Of a DNA stretch of 64,000 nucleotides, positions 50,012 to 62,762 are shown piece by piece. Location of the stretch: positions 9,052,001 through 9,116,000 of the forward strand of contig NC_043018.1 of the NCBI RefSeq assembly GCF_006345805.1, in the 5' to 3' direction. Every line of letters starts with the position of its first letter. The stretch's first letter is position 1. The notes beneath the pieces were generated by a model. The model was not told where the DNA came from. It ran no database searches and saw only the letters and a list, made by a program, of their open reading frames with translations. Made by a program: the position numbers and the translations under genes. The DNA is from Octopus sinensis. Its lineage: Eukaryota.

Positions 50012-50117
50012 TTATAATCACCCCACATTATTGCATGGTTAATACCATATAGTTTTCTGGTGCATCTAAGTGAATTCAAGTGAATTCAATAGAAATGACT
50101 TGAATCTTAATTGCTTT

Positions 50118-50170
<53 letters not shown>

Positions 50171-50476
50171 GTACAAAGCCCGCCATTTACATACGTGTAA
50201 AAGGTGAACATTTCTATATGCTATGTTGGATACATTGGTTGTTTGTCTGGTATATTGATTTTGTTCATTCATTATAAATCTTGAATTATGCTTGCACTGA
50301 GGATTAAAAAGTGCATTACTGCACTAATTATGAAATCATGGTGATATGCAGCTAAATTCTGTTTTTAAATGACTTGCTTCAAGAGTTTTATTTGGTACAG
50401 TGTGTTTATCTATTTTGGTAGTTTTGACTTTAAGAGTCCCTCCTAGCATGTGGCATTTATGTATAGTAATGCCCTC

Positions 50477-50509
<33 letters not shown>

Positions 50510-50614
50510 CCAGAGTAAACACATAAATGTGAAACAAGGTGGAAAAAAAGAGTACTCAAATACCAGAAGTAGAGTAATATGTTTTATTTAAAAGCAGCAG
50601 AAATTTAACAAAAG

Positions 50615-50652
50615 CTGTTACTCGTAGTTTCACGTTCCTGTTCGTCGGACAG
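50615..50652 (-). ncRNA. Hammerhead-like motif with CCGACGA core in a Penelope-like fold-back repeat (50505-50716)
   Basis: CUGU-CCGACGA-ACA(GGAA)CGU-GAAAC-U-ACG-AGUA-ACAG: stems I and III pair, GUA triplet, GNRA loop on stem II with one mismatch. Confidence 0.6.
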
Positions 50653-51789
50653 TTTTGTTAAAATAGAACAAAACTGTCCGATGTTAAATTTTGTTAAATT
50701 TCTGCTGCTTTTAAATAATATATATATATATAAGATAGATAGGTGTAGACAGATATCTGCATCTATATATAAATGTATCCATCTATATCATGACCTGGGC
50801 CAATCTTTGTCTGTCTGTCTATGAAGAGGTGCTGAAAAGAAAATACAGGAAGATCAGTTAATTATGATTTTACTCAACATATTCTCCTCTCAGATTCGAA
50901 CACTTATTGCAGCAATCCTTCAGCTTTTCTAAGTTCTGTGAAAAGAACTTGGAAGGCAGAGTCTCCAATCAGGCTTTTCACAATACCCTTAATGCCTGGA
51001 ACTTTTCAGCACCACCTCATCTGTCTGTCTCTCCCCTCCCCCATATATATATATATATATCACCATGACTGACCAGGCTATCAGATGTTGCTACACATCG
51101 CTGGTCACAATGTGTTTAGCATTGTTTTAGCCTTCAAATGATGCCACCCTGCTGGCTAAGCAAACAGGCTAACAGAAGAAAGAGTGAGAGAAAGTTGTGG
51201 TGAAAGAGTACAGCAGGGATCGCCAACACCCCTGTCAGAACCTCGTGGAACTTTAGGTGTTTTTGCTCAATAAACACTCACAACGCCCGGTATGGGAATC
51301 GAAACCGCGATCGTGCAACCGTGAGTCCGCTGCCCAACCACTGGGCCATTGTGCCTCACACACACACACACACAGCTGTTTGTTTGCTTTCCCTTTATTC
51401 TCTTTGTTTACCTCATTTCTTGACAGGTGAAGCTGCATTTGCAGTTTACGATGTATCAGTATTTATTATTTATTTTAACTGTGACATGCTTATGAAATTT
51501 TTGTCACATTATGCAATAAATGAGTTGCTCACTCCATCCCCTTAACATATACATATAGATAGATCAACAGACAGACCAAGTGAGCTAACAGAATTGTTAG
51601 CACACTGGGTACAATGCTTGATGCCATTTTGTCTTTCTTTACATTCTAAATTCAGAGGTCGCTGAGGTCAATTTTGCTGTTCATCCTTTCAAGGTAAATA
51701 AAATAAGGGCCATTTGAGTGCCTGGGTTGATGCAATTGATTTACCCCTTGCTCCCAAGTTGCTGGCCTTGTGCCAAAATTTGAAACCAA

Positions 51790-53168
51790 TTTATATATGA
51801 TTCCCTCTCAACCATGTGGCAATGAGTTTTTACTGGAGGAAAAGCTATTTATATTTTTACTGAACAGATTTATGGGGAGGTCGCACAAATTAAACAATTC
51901 CACCCAGTCAGTACCAAACAAGTTTGTTACATTTTTTAACACAAAAACTTTTGCTTTCAAGGTTTTAACCCAAAATGTAACCTCAGTTTTCATGTCACCC
52001 CAAAAATATAATTTTTTTTCTTGTGACACTTTTTGCAATTTTTGAAGTTTCCTTTAATGTAGGCTTTCCTATTTTTTTTTCCATGTGCCAGTGTTAATAA
52101 TTGTAATATCACTGCTTGTATCTAGCTGTAGCGTCACATTCACATTATTAATTTTTATGAACTTTGTTTTGTGAGCCTCACCTAGACTTTCAGTTGAGAA
52201 AACCTTCCTAGAGTTTTTTTTCCGTTTGACCTTTGTTTTTTCCTGTTTTGCAAAGTGAGCTTTTAGGTTTGATTTTTTGACAGTTAAAACATTAAACATT
52301 TTTAAATAGACAGTTATTTTTAAAATGTAAAGCTCTGCACCCACAGATTGGATTGGGTCTTTATCTTCATTTTCTCCCCCTTATCTGTTAGAGGTTGACA
52401 TGCATGTATGTGTGAGTAATCCTTTTCTCCAATTTTATTTGCACCATGTTATAGATTAATAATTCTCTGACATTCCTCTGTCATGCCTGCAGTATTGAAT
52501 CCTGTTCCTGTTCTAATTTTATCAATATCTGGGCACATATCTCTGCATCTTTACTTGCAGTTAACCCTTAAACAAAAATTAGATATCTGAACATGTCTGG
52601 GGCTAATTCTTTTAGTTTGAATTTTTTGCATTCTCAGTTGATGATTCTGGCATAGGTTACAAAATCTTCATCATCTTGTTTTACTAAATTCAAACACTCC
52701 CAGGAAACTTCTCTGAAAATTTTCAATAACAATTTGTTTCATTGAAACAAATTTGGCAGAATGTAGTAGTTACAGTCTTTTTCATGTTTGGCAGGGGCTA
52801 ATTTGCTTAAAAATAGTTGTACCTTTTCATTGTCCATCTAATTTTTGCATTACTCACTGAAAATTTCTTCATATCTTTGGAAATATGCAGTAAAAGTAAT
52901 ACCATCTTCTGGGTTATAACTAAATTCTGAAATTGTGTTTGCTGCGCTATCTGGTGAGAGCAAACTTGAAATATTTCTGGACTTCAACATTAATTCCAGC
53001 AAGTGTTGATATTGTTGTGGTAATTGAAATTGATGCTGTAACTGTTGTTGCAGTTGCAAGCGCACCAACGGATGTTGATAAGTCTTCCAGGTTAACTAAT
53101 TTTTCTTTGATTTGGTATCAAAAGAAAATGTTAACATCCGATGGAGGCTTCGAATAAACTTGTCACCA
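51790..53168 (-). mobile_element. Ty3/Gypsy gag-protease relic with primer-binding site
   Basis: FSYNPEDGITFTAYFQRYEEIF (gag); VTLQLDTSSDITII (aspartic protease); NLFGTDWVELFNL; PBS-like TGGTGACAAG at 53168-53159. Confidence 0.8.
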
Positions 53169-53172
53169 CTTC

Positions 53173-53753
53173 TGTATCCTTCTATACGATGGATTTACAG
53201 ATTTCATGTAGCAGGGATAAACACAGCTGTTTTCACACAACATTATTTAACTTACTCCACTAAACACGATACTTCAATAAATACAAACTCTCAACAACTT
53301 CCACAAACTTTCAATGACTCCCTTGACTCAACCAATACGCTACTCTTTATGAGAGTCAGGTTAGTCCATTCTTCCAAACCCACAAGGGTGTCAATGGCTA
53401 CTCTTTATGAGAGTCAGATTAGTCCATTCTTTATGAGAGTCAGATTAGTCCATTCTTTATGAGAGTCAGATTAGTCCATTCTTTATGAGAGTCAGATTAG
53501 TCCATTCTTTATGAGAGTCAGATTAGTTCATTCTTTATGAGTCAGATTAGTCCATTCTTTATGAGAGTCAGGTTAGTCCATTCTTAATGAGAGTCAGGTT
53601 AGTCCATTCTTTATGAGAGTCAGATTAGTCCATTCTTTATGAGAGTCAGGTTAGTCCATTCTTAATGAGAGTCAGGTTAGTCCATTCTTTATGAGAGTCG
53701 GATTAATCCATTCTTCCAAACCCACAAGGGCGTCAATGGCTCTTGCCACAACA
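53173..53753 (-). mobile_element. 5' LTR (581 bp) of the Gypsy relic
   Basis: TGTTGTGG...GGATACA termini; ends 4 nt before the PBS. Confidence 0.6.
53345..53742. repeat. 26-bp minisatellite (13 units) nested in a higher-order duplication
   Basis: Unit CTTTATGAGAGTCAGATTAGTCCATT: one at 53345-53370 and twelve at 53403-53712, each block followed by CTTCCAAACCCACAAGGGYGTCAATGGCT. Confidence 0.95.
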
Positions 53754-54592
53754 CCATCATAAAAGGTCTTGTCCTTTATTTCCAATTTTCCATGGAAACA
53801 TGTGTGGCCATGGGGAAGTAACACCTTGCTTGGAAACCAGTGAGGGTTGGCAACACAAAAGGCAACAGGGCAGAGGAAACCTGGCCTACAAATAGCATCA
53901 GAAGCATGCAAGCATGGAAAAATGGATGTTAAAACAATGATGATAATGATGATATACATACATGTATCTATTCACACAAACATACACACACACACAGCTT
54001 ATGCATATATACACACTGGCCTCAATAAGCTGATAATTGGTGTCTTTGTTTAAAAACCTAAGTACAAATATAAGCTAAGCACTTTGAATAGTGAATGTTA
54101 TCAGTTTGTTGCAGTAGAGTGTGTGTGTGTGTGTGTGTGAACAGTGTTCAGATTTTGAAGGTGAGGTCACTTCTGGACTCACAAAACAATAAATGTAATG
54201 GTTCCTGATCACAACATTGTCGGTCATTTCACCAAAAATTGTAATAGAGCAGAGTATTTTTTCCCCACCACTTTTCCCACAAGACGAAGATCCTCGTTCT
54301 GCTTGCTTCATTAAAAATATAAGGTCAAATGCACTTCCTAGCAGTAAGTAGGGCAGATATCAAATGTAGCCTGACCAGGGGTGAGGAGGGAGCAGGAGAG
54401 AGAGAGAGAGAAGAGAGAGAGAGAGTGAGAGAGAGAGCAGAGAAGCCCTCTTTAGGCCATCACTTTACGCTTTTGCATTGAATGTATTTGATAATGTCGG
54501 TTGTAAACTAGTTTCACTTTAAGTCCTACCAATGTCATTATATAAAGTATAAAGGAAGGGTTAAAAATTCAACTCTATAGCTTAAAAGATAT

Positions 54593-54598
54593 TTTATT
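54593..54598 (-). promoter_or_regulatory. Candidate NUDT2 polyadenylation signal (AATAAA)
   Basis: AATAAA on the minus strand about 310 nt after the stop; an ATTAAA also lies about 40 nt after the stop. Confidence 0.4.
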
Positions 54599-54910
54599 AA
54601 AAATCATATTATATATTTAAATATTTGAGAAGAGTTGCTATTAAAACCATTTCAGGCTATTAAATTTTAGATATGAAAATTTGTATTATTTTTATCTGCA
54701 CTCCATTTTGATGAGTTTCATCTCTGATAATTGTTCGGTAGGTCTATATTCAAACCATTTGAAATGTAGTTTAGATGTAAATATCAAGCAATTTTTTGTC
54801 ATTAAAGATGAAGTTAAGAGTTTGACAAATTACTAAGTTGGTTTGGCAATTCATTCTTTCTTTGATTATTTAATTCAACTTCAAAATCTTGCATCACACC
54901 AGCACATATA

Positions 54911-55227
54911 CTATGCAGATTTCTTCTCCAAATGAGCTGTGGCTTTGTTAAAAATGTCTCTGGTGTTATGGAATTCAACGATATCAAGAGCTTCTTTCAA
55001 GGAACACCACTTGAAATCACTGTGTTCGGAAGACAGGGTCACTTTCACATTGGGATCTTTGACTTGTGACAACCAATAAATAACACGTTTAGAAGCATCT
55101 TTCACAGGGTAAAATATTTCTATATGGAAAGTTTCATCAAGTATCATTTGGGTTTTATCAAGTCCAGCTTCTTCATAAGTTTCTCGCAATGCTGTGTCAA
55201 ATTCCTTCTCACCAGGATCGACATGAC
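54911..55227 (-). CDS. NUDT2: Terminal coding exon of bis(5'-nucleosyl)-tetraphosphatase (asymmetrical Ap4A hydrolase, Nudix family)
   Basis: Complete Nudix box GHVDPGEKEFDTALRETYEEAGL; C-terminal LSSEHSDFKW typical of NUDT2. Acceptor tttttgttgcag|GT at 55228/55227 (phase 1, splitting the Gly codon); stop TAG at 54911-54913. The upstream WTPPK exon was not found in the window. Confidence 0.9.
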
Positions 55228-55825
55228 CTGCAACAAAAAAAAAAAAAAATTCAACACACATGAAGAGATTGTCTTATGATTAATAATGATCTCATTAACC
55301 TTTTCATTACTATATTTCTGTTGAAATTCACTGCCTTTGTTTCAATTAATTCTGAAAATAACGAAGGCACAGGAGTGGCTGTGTGGTAAGTAGCTTGCTT
55401 ACCAATCACGTGGTTCCGGGTTCAGTCCCACTGCGTGGCACCTTGGGCAGGTGTCTTCTACTATAGCAAGAATTATGGCATCATTCACCAACTTAAACAA
55501 GGAGACCGTCCTGAAGAGTTGCAGGATATTCCAAAGTCGTCTGGAGGCTATGGTTGAAGTCAATGGCAATTTTATTGAATAAATTTACACTTTAGTATTT
55601 TAAGATATTTTGTTTGGTGAATATATTTGTTGAAATGGGACATCAGTGTTATTTTCATTTTTGCGTAATCTAGATGATAGTTTATTCACCGCACCCTGTA
55701 TATATATATATATACATATATATATATACACATATATATATATACACACACACACACATATATATATATACACATATATACACACACACATATATATATA
55801 TATACACATATATATATATACATAT

Positions 55826-55871
<46 letters not shown>

Positions 55872-56053
55872 GTATACACACACACAAGCTTTTTTCAGTT
55901 TCCATCAATCAATTCCACTCACAAGGTTTTGGTTGGCCCATGGCTATAACAGAAAACATTTGCCCAAGGTGCCAGTCAGTGGGACTGAACTCAGACCCCT
56001 GTGGTTAGGAAGCAAAACTTCTTACCACACTGCCACGGCTGCATCTCTAAGTC

Positions 56054-56198
56054 TGCTGAGTCACAGCTGAGCTGGCGGCAACACTAATAAAAAGCCCTAC
56101 TTTATACACGTGTTCATCTTCAGCTGAGTCACAAACCAAGATTAAATGATCCGTTTTCCGTGGAATCCTCGCTGCACCAAAACCATGTGACATCAGCA
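56054..56198. promoter_or_regulatory. Candidate ARE/MARE (CNC-sMaf/AP-1) cluster
   Basis: TGCTGAGTCAC 56054-56064, CACGTG 56107-56112, GCTGAGTCAC 56123-56132, GTGACATCAGCA 56187-56198. Confidence 0.45.
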
Positions 56199-56916
56199 AT
56201 ATTTGTCATTGTTTTTTCAGTGGTGGAAACACAAACACTTAAACACATCCTCTCTTTAGTATCAATGAGATTGACATATATACTGTGACCGTGGCTTCAC
56301 AAAACAGTTCCTCTCTGCCTCAAATGATATCCTGCTTTTATAAAATAAATAAACAGCATAAAATGGAAAAAATATAAAACAAACAAAAAAACCTCAATGA
56401 TAAATAAATGTGTCAGTAAATAAATATCTTTTCTTTAGAAAGAGATATGAAATACCGGTGATGATATTTCACAATATTCTAATGAAACAAAATCTGTTTC
56501 CAGTTTCTTTTGACTAGTTTTTAGTTTCAGCTTTGATTCATCAAAACTCCATTCTCAGAACTCAGTTCATAGAAATGGGAGTGAAACAAGTTCCTTGTTT
56601 GTGACAGTTTGTTGTATTAATTACACAATGAACTTACTTCATAATTATTTGGTCTCTTATGAATTCACTCAAGTTCAAAATTAGTTGTTTCTTGTAATTT
56701 CACTAACAAAAGCAGGAATGTGTATTGTGTCAACACACAAATGTATATTATATACACACACACATTCATAAACACAGAAGGATATAAAACTTAGCTGTTT
56801 TCCTTTATTTCTCTCCTATCAATTTAAGCTTGAAGCACCCCACCCAGAACGTTGGTGGAGACTCCTCTCCCTCCCCACAGCAGTTTCGGTCTCGCCACAG
56901 GTTTCACTAGATTCTT

Positions 56917-56953
<37 letters not shown>

Positions 56954-57747
56954 TAAGAAGTTTGCTTCCTAACCACATGGTTTCAGGTTCAGTCCCACTG
57001 TGTGACTCTTCGGCCAAGTGTCTTCAAGCCCAGATTTTCATTCCAGCCAGGCTGACCAAAGCCAAGTGAGTGGATTTTGTAGATGGAAACTGAAAGAAGC
57101 CTGCTGTATATGTATGTTTGTGTGTGTGGGCGGTGTATGACACTGTCTCCTTACTTTCACATTACACGAGAGCTCATCAAACCATTTCTCTGTCATTTGA
57201 CTTTCGACATTCCTTACCGTTTTCTCTTGTACTCTATATTCTCTATTTTGTAGAATGATACATTAAGGAGCTTTTATTTAGGAGTTCCACCAGGTTACTT
57301 GAACCTACATATTGATATTTAAATTTATATATATATATATGGTGTAGGCGCGGGCATGGCTGTGTGGTTAGGGAGCTTGCTTCCTAGCTACATGGTTTCG
57401 GGTTCAGTCCCACTGCGTGGCACTTTGGGTAGGTGTCTTTCACTATAGCCCCAAGCTGACCGGAGCTTTGTGATTGAATTCGGTAGGTGGAAGTTACTGC
57501 CGTGTGTGTATATGTGCGTGTAGCTGCTTGTGCCTCTCCCAAAGAGAGAGAGGGATATATATATATACCTAGTCAAAGATAAACCACTGTATTTGGAATC
57601 CATATATTGTGACTTAAATTTATATATATATGTATATCGTTTTTTTAGAAAAACATAAAAATGGAGAAGCACACTTTAAGAAGTAGAACAGTCTATATTT
57701 ATTACTGGTGAAGGCTTGTTTATAGGATAACCCTAGGTTTCTCACCA

Positions 57748-57792
57748 TAGGGTTACCCTACGTTTCTCTTTATGGTATATCATCAGACCCTA
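57748..57792 (-). ncRNA. Hammerhead ribozyme motif with perfect 6-bp stem I, weak stem II
   Basis: UAGGGU-CUGAUGA-UAUACCAUAAAGA-GAAAC-GUAGG-GUA-ACCCUA. Confidence 0.5.
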
Positions 57793-58094
57793 AGACTTGT
57801 TGGCCTATGGCCTCTTTAAGGTATGCAGGGGGAAACTGACCGAATATAAACAGTTAAGGTTATCTTCCACTTTTGGTGGTCATTGGCTTCTGGCTATGTT
57901 GTCATATTTCAGCTATGTTATGAAATATGTTGGCTATGTTGAAATATGTACACTATGTTGGCTGTGAGCGTAGGAGGTAGGAGATTATCTCCTACCCTCA
58001 TATCAGCAATCAATTTCCAGTCATGGTGTAAATATTATTGCTAATACCACAATTATTGCTATTATAGATATAGATCATTATATATACATATAAA

Positions 58095-58128
<34 letters not shown>

Positions 58129-58522
58129 CACATATACATCTATATATATATACTAAAGTACCCTATCAAAAACCTTCTCGAGATCAAAAATTGCCATGGA
58201 TATCTTTATCATTTACTTGTTTCAGTCACTGGACTGTGACCATGCTGGGGCAACATCTTGAAGGGTTTTAATCAAACAAATCATCGTCATCATCATCTAT
58301 GCTAAACTGCTAAGTTACAGATGTAAACAAACATATACCAGTTGTCAAGCAGTGGTTGGGAAGAGGAAAAAAACAAACTTGAAGACACACACATGATGGG
58401 CTTCTTCACAGTTTCCATCAACCAATTTCACTTACAAGGCCCAGGGCTATAGGAGACAACAACAAAAACCATGTAGTTGCAAAGCGAACTGCTTGACCAC
58501 ACAGCCATATCTGTGGTATACT

Positions 58523-58736
58523 CTTTGTCAAAACCTCTTTTAGTTGTCCCTACATCATAGGGGCACCCCATCCCAGGACAAACCTGACGTGTGTTTCATC
58601 TGAGACAATTCTCTTCCAAATCAGTTGTGCTTTGTTAAAACCTCTTTTAGTTGTCCCTACATCATAGGGACCCCTATCCCAGCACAAACCTGACGTGTGT
58701 TTCATCTGAGACAATTCTCTTCCTAATCAGCTGTGC
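58523..58736. repeat. 2 x 107-bp tandem duplication of non-microsatellite sequence
   Basis: Units start at 58523 and 58630; high identity. Confidence 0.9.
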
Positions 58737-59531
58737 GTTGACTTCTTGTCACATTCATCTTTTGGTTCTTCACTTTGCCCCGTGTAACAATGGTTCTTTT
58801 TACATCTCTTTTGCCACTGTAGCAGCTGATGATGATTAAATAAGATGATACATCTCTGTACCATCGGATTAACTTAATGAATGATCATATTTCTTTAGAA
58901 ATACACTGGCCTTGTTTCAATTAATTCTGAAGATAACGAAATATTTGATAAAATAACTGTCATTATAAAACTGGTGTTTTCAGCTAATTTAACACAAAAA
59001 TTTTCACGGAAGCTATCAATTTAGATCAGTTTAACCTTTTTGTTACCATATTTCTACTGAAATTCATTGGCTTTGTTTAAATTAATTCTGAAAATAATGA
59101 AATATTTGATAAAGTAAATGGCATTAATTAAGCAGGTGTTTTCAGCATAATTTAACACAAAATTTCAATGAAAAGTTTTAATTTAGATAATTTTAAAGCC
59201 GGAAAGTTGTCTCATAAAATAAGGAGCGGCTTTGATTGAAGTTAGTATGAAAAGGGTTAACTCAGTGTATAACCGTTGCTTGCTCTACTTCATATCAGAT
59301 ATTTTCATAATCTCAGCAACTATCCCTGATGAAGCGAGCCTTCATAACATTTAATCTCGCTTTTGATTGTTTCACTGGTGACTTTGAGAGCACACCCTTC
59401 TCCTGAATTCAGTGAAAGCACTTGTAGCTTTGCCAAGTCTTTTGTCAGTGTAGGTGAGGCAAAGTGCACAGCAGTCGTCCGAATGATCCAGCCCATGTGG
59501 CATTTTCATTCATTTACTTACATACACTCAC

Positions 59532-59562
<31 letters not shown>

Positions 59563-59900
59563 AAGGCGCATGGCTCAGTGGTTAGAGCGTTGAGCTTACA
59601 ATCGTGAGGTTGTGAGCTCAAATCCCGGACCGGGCTGCGTGTTGTGTTCTTGAGCAAGACACTTTATTTCACGTTGCTCCAGTTCACTCAGCTGTAGAAA
59701 TGAGTTGCGAGGTCACAGGTGCCAAGCTGTATCGGCCCCTTTGCCTTTCCCTTGGATAACACTGGTGGCATGGAGAGGGGAGGCCGGTATACCAGAGGCA
59801 ACTGCTGGTCTTCCATAAACAACCTTGCCCAGACTTGTGCCTGGGAGGGTAGCTTTCTAGGTGCAATCCCACGGTCAGTCATGACTGAAGAGAGTCTCAG
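59563..59900 (+). mobile_element. tRNA-derived SINE with Nin/Deu-like domain; related copy at 13255-13490(-)
   Basis: GGCTCAGTGGTTAGAGCG head followed by GTGTTCTTGAGCAAGACACTTTATTTCAC. Confidence 0.65.
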
Positions 59901-59913
59901 AATATATATATAT

Positions 59914-59949
<36 letters not shown>

Positions 59950-60383
59950 GTCCATATCTGAGATCCAGAGATCCTCAGTATAGAAGACACTTAGTAGTGA
60001 TCAAGTATACATACTTTGTATTTCATACCTGAACTATCATATCTAATATAATTATATTACCTTGTTTCTCTCTCTCTCTCTAATATATATAAAGGTTATG
60101 AAAGGTAATGGTGTCAAGAAGACCCAAAGGTGTCAGGTAATGCTGAGTAAGTGCCTTGGGCAGACCATAGTTAAGTTCCAGGTTTGGTGATTATCCAAAT
60201 GAAGAGTCCAGCATAGGTCATATATCAGCATGTGTATATATATAAAAAAATTTACTTTTGATTTGCACATACATACATACATATATATATATATATACTT
60301 TATTTAAAGCAGCAGAAAATTCAACAAAACCTGTTACTCTGAGTTTCCCGTTGCCGTTCAGTATTATGAAAATCTAGCAAAAA

Positions 60384-60421
60384 CTGTCCGATGAACAGCA
60401 ACGGGAAACTCAGAGTAACAG
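60384..60421 (+). ncRNA. Hammerhead-like motif with CCGAUGA core in a Penelope-like fold-back repeat (60298-60525)
   Basis: CUGU-CCGAUGA-ACA(GCAA)CGG-GAAAC-U-CAG-AGUA-ACAG; same family as 50615-50652; stem II partly decayed. Confidence 0.55.
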
Positions 60422-60748
60422 GTTTTGTTGAATTTTCTGCTGCTTTAAATAAAGCATATTACTCTACCACTGGTAATAGAGTACTCTTTTTTCCACCTTG
60501 TTTCACATTTATGTGTTTACTCCGGTGGCCGTTGCCAGCCCCGCCTGGCACCTGTGCAGGTGGCACGTAAAAAGCACCCACTACACTCACGGAGTGGTTG
60601 GCGTTAGGAAGGGCATCCAGCTGTAGAAACATTGCCAAATTAGACTGGAGCCTGGTGCAGCCTTCTGGCTTCCCAGAACCCCGGTCGAACCGTCCAACCC
60701 ATGCTAGCATGGAGAACGGACGTTAAACGACGATGATGATGATGATGA

Positions 60749-60780
<32 letters not shown>

Positions 60781-60957
60781 TAGATATGTTGGTGAAAACA
60801 GGAAAAATAGAACTCAGAAAATGAGTATATGTATATTTTTTTATTCATGTTTTGCAGAAGTAATGGAGTGACTCAAAGTCTGAGAGTCTTGTGCAAATGC
60901 ACGAAACTCTCAGACATTGAGTCATTCCATGACTTCTGCAAAACATGAATAAAATAA

Positions 60958-61009
<52 letters not shown>

Positions 61010-61029
61010 ATACACACACACACACACAA

Positions 61030-61243
61030 GAGATGGTACTGAAAAGTTCCTGGCTTTAAGGGTATCCTGAAAAGCCTGGTTGGAGAGCCAACCTTCATGG
61101 TTCTTTTATAGGGCTTAGAAAAACTGAAGGACCGCTGGAATAAGTGTGTGAATTTGAGTAGGTAATATGTTCAATAAAATCATAATTAGCTGATCGTTCT
61201 GTATTTTCTTTTACTCAAAGCCAGGAGCTTTTCAACACCCACC

Positions 61244-61245
<2 letters not shown>
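61030..61245. mobile_element. mariner-derived MITE; relative at about 50820-51020
   Basis: TIR GGTACTGAAAAGTTCCTGGCTTT / AAAGCCAGGAGCTTTTCAACACC. Confidence 0.7.
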
Positions 61246-61277
<32 letters not shown>

Positions 61278-61640
61278 CATCATCAAGATTGCTTGAGTGT
61301 ACAGGATATAAACAGGTCACACATTTCCATCACCCATTCTCTCACTCTACAATGCTGCAGTTCTAAGAATGGCAGTAAATCTCTTCCTTACCCACAATTC
61401 CTTGCTTCTAGTGTAAACAAACAACAGGGATATCACTTCACGGTTCCACCCTCTTGTCCGTCTCTCACTCAGTTCCTCTCCTATTCTCTGAATCTTGCTG
61501 TTGCAGCAAAGGTTGGTACTGGAACAACTCATATTTAAACTTCCTCACCACTATTTCTAACATTCTTGCTCCTAACTAGGACTATATAAGGGATAGCAAT
61601 GTATACATAAATACACACATATATATACATATACATATAC

Positions 61641-61671
<31 letters not shown>

Positions 61672-61749
61672 TATATATATATACATATACATATGTATAC
61701 ACACACACACATATATATATATGTATACATATATATATATATATATATA

Positions 61750-61780
<31 letters not shown>

Positions 61781-62720
61781 AAAAGGGTGAAATATAATTA
61801 AATAAAATTAATAAATTTCACCTAGTAGTATCATCATCATCATCGTTTAGCGTCCGTTTTCTACGCTAGCACGGGTTGGACGGTTTTGACCGGGGTCTGG
61901 GGAGCTAGGGACTGCCCCAGGCTCCAGTCTAGTCTGGCAGTGTTTCTACAGCTGGATGCCCTTCCTAACGCCAACCACTCTGCGAGTGTAGTGGGTGTTT
62001 TTTACGTGCCACCTGCACAGGTGCCAGAGGGGTCTGGCATCGGCCACGTTCGGATGGTGCTTTTTATGTGGGGGGGGGGGTGCAGAAATATAGGAGAGCA
62101 CCAGTGGGGAGGGGTGGTTCAGAGAAATGATGACAGGTTCTAGGCAAGTAGAACGTAGGATATCAAGAGAGGGGTAATGCATGGTGAAATAGCGTATTGA
62201 AGAGGGGTTCGAAGAGTAGACACCTATAATGGTGGTGGGAGAAGCAACATCCAGTATAGATGGAGCAAAAATATAGAGATATCCGGTATTGGTGGTGGGG
62301 GTGGGCAGGGAGGGTGCACCGCGAATACACGATGGTTGATTATAGTCGAGAGGAGAAATGAATAAATTAGTTAAAATAATTAGATAGATAGAGAAATTAG
62401 ATAAAAATAGTTAGATAGATAAGAAAGCATGTATGATCGATCGAGAAGAGAAAATAAATAAGCATTCAAACTTATCTGCGCTCGGGTGCTAGATGAATGA
62501 ATGAGAGAGCAAATGTTGGGGCTGCCTTTTTTAAGTAAAAATTGTCCGGAAGAGGAATTTTTGGACAAGGCGGAAGTGTATTAAAGGAACAGGCTTCAAG
62601 ATGGCGAATACACGATGGTTGATTATAGTCGAGAGGAGAAATGGATAAATTAGTTAAAATAATTAGATAGATAGATAGAGAAATTAGATAAAAATAACAT
62701 ATATACATACATATATATAT

Positions 62721-62762
<42 letters not shown>

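Noticed and set aside
53345-53742. CRISPR-like array
   Set aside because: Units are contiguous with no unique spacers; no cas genes; eukaryotic context.
55228-55261. N-terminal MCVEFFFFFVA of the NUDT2 ORF
   Set aside because: Polypyrimidine tract and acceptor of the intron.
57850-57880. Missing NUDT2 upstream exon (WTPPK)
   Set aside because: CCACCAAAAG is present but the context does not encode HWTPPKG plus a donor; the exon is probably beyond the window.
58680-58736. Hammerhead on minus strand (CTGATTA...GAAACACACGTC)
   Set aside because: G8 is absent and stem I does not pair adjacent to the core.
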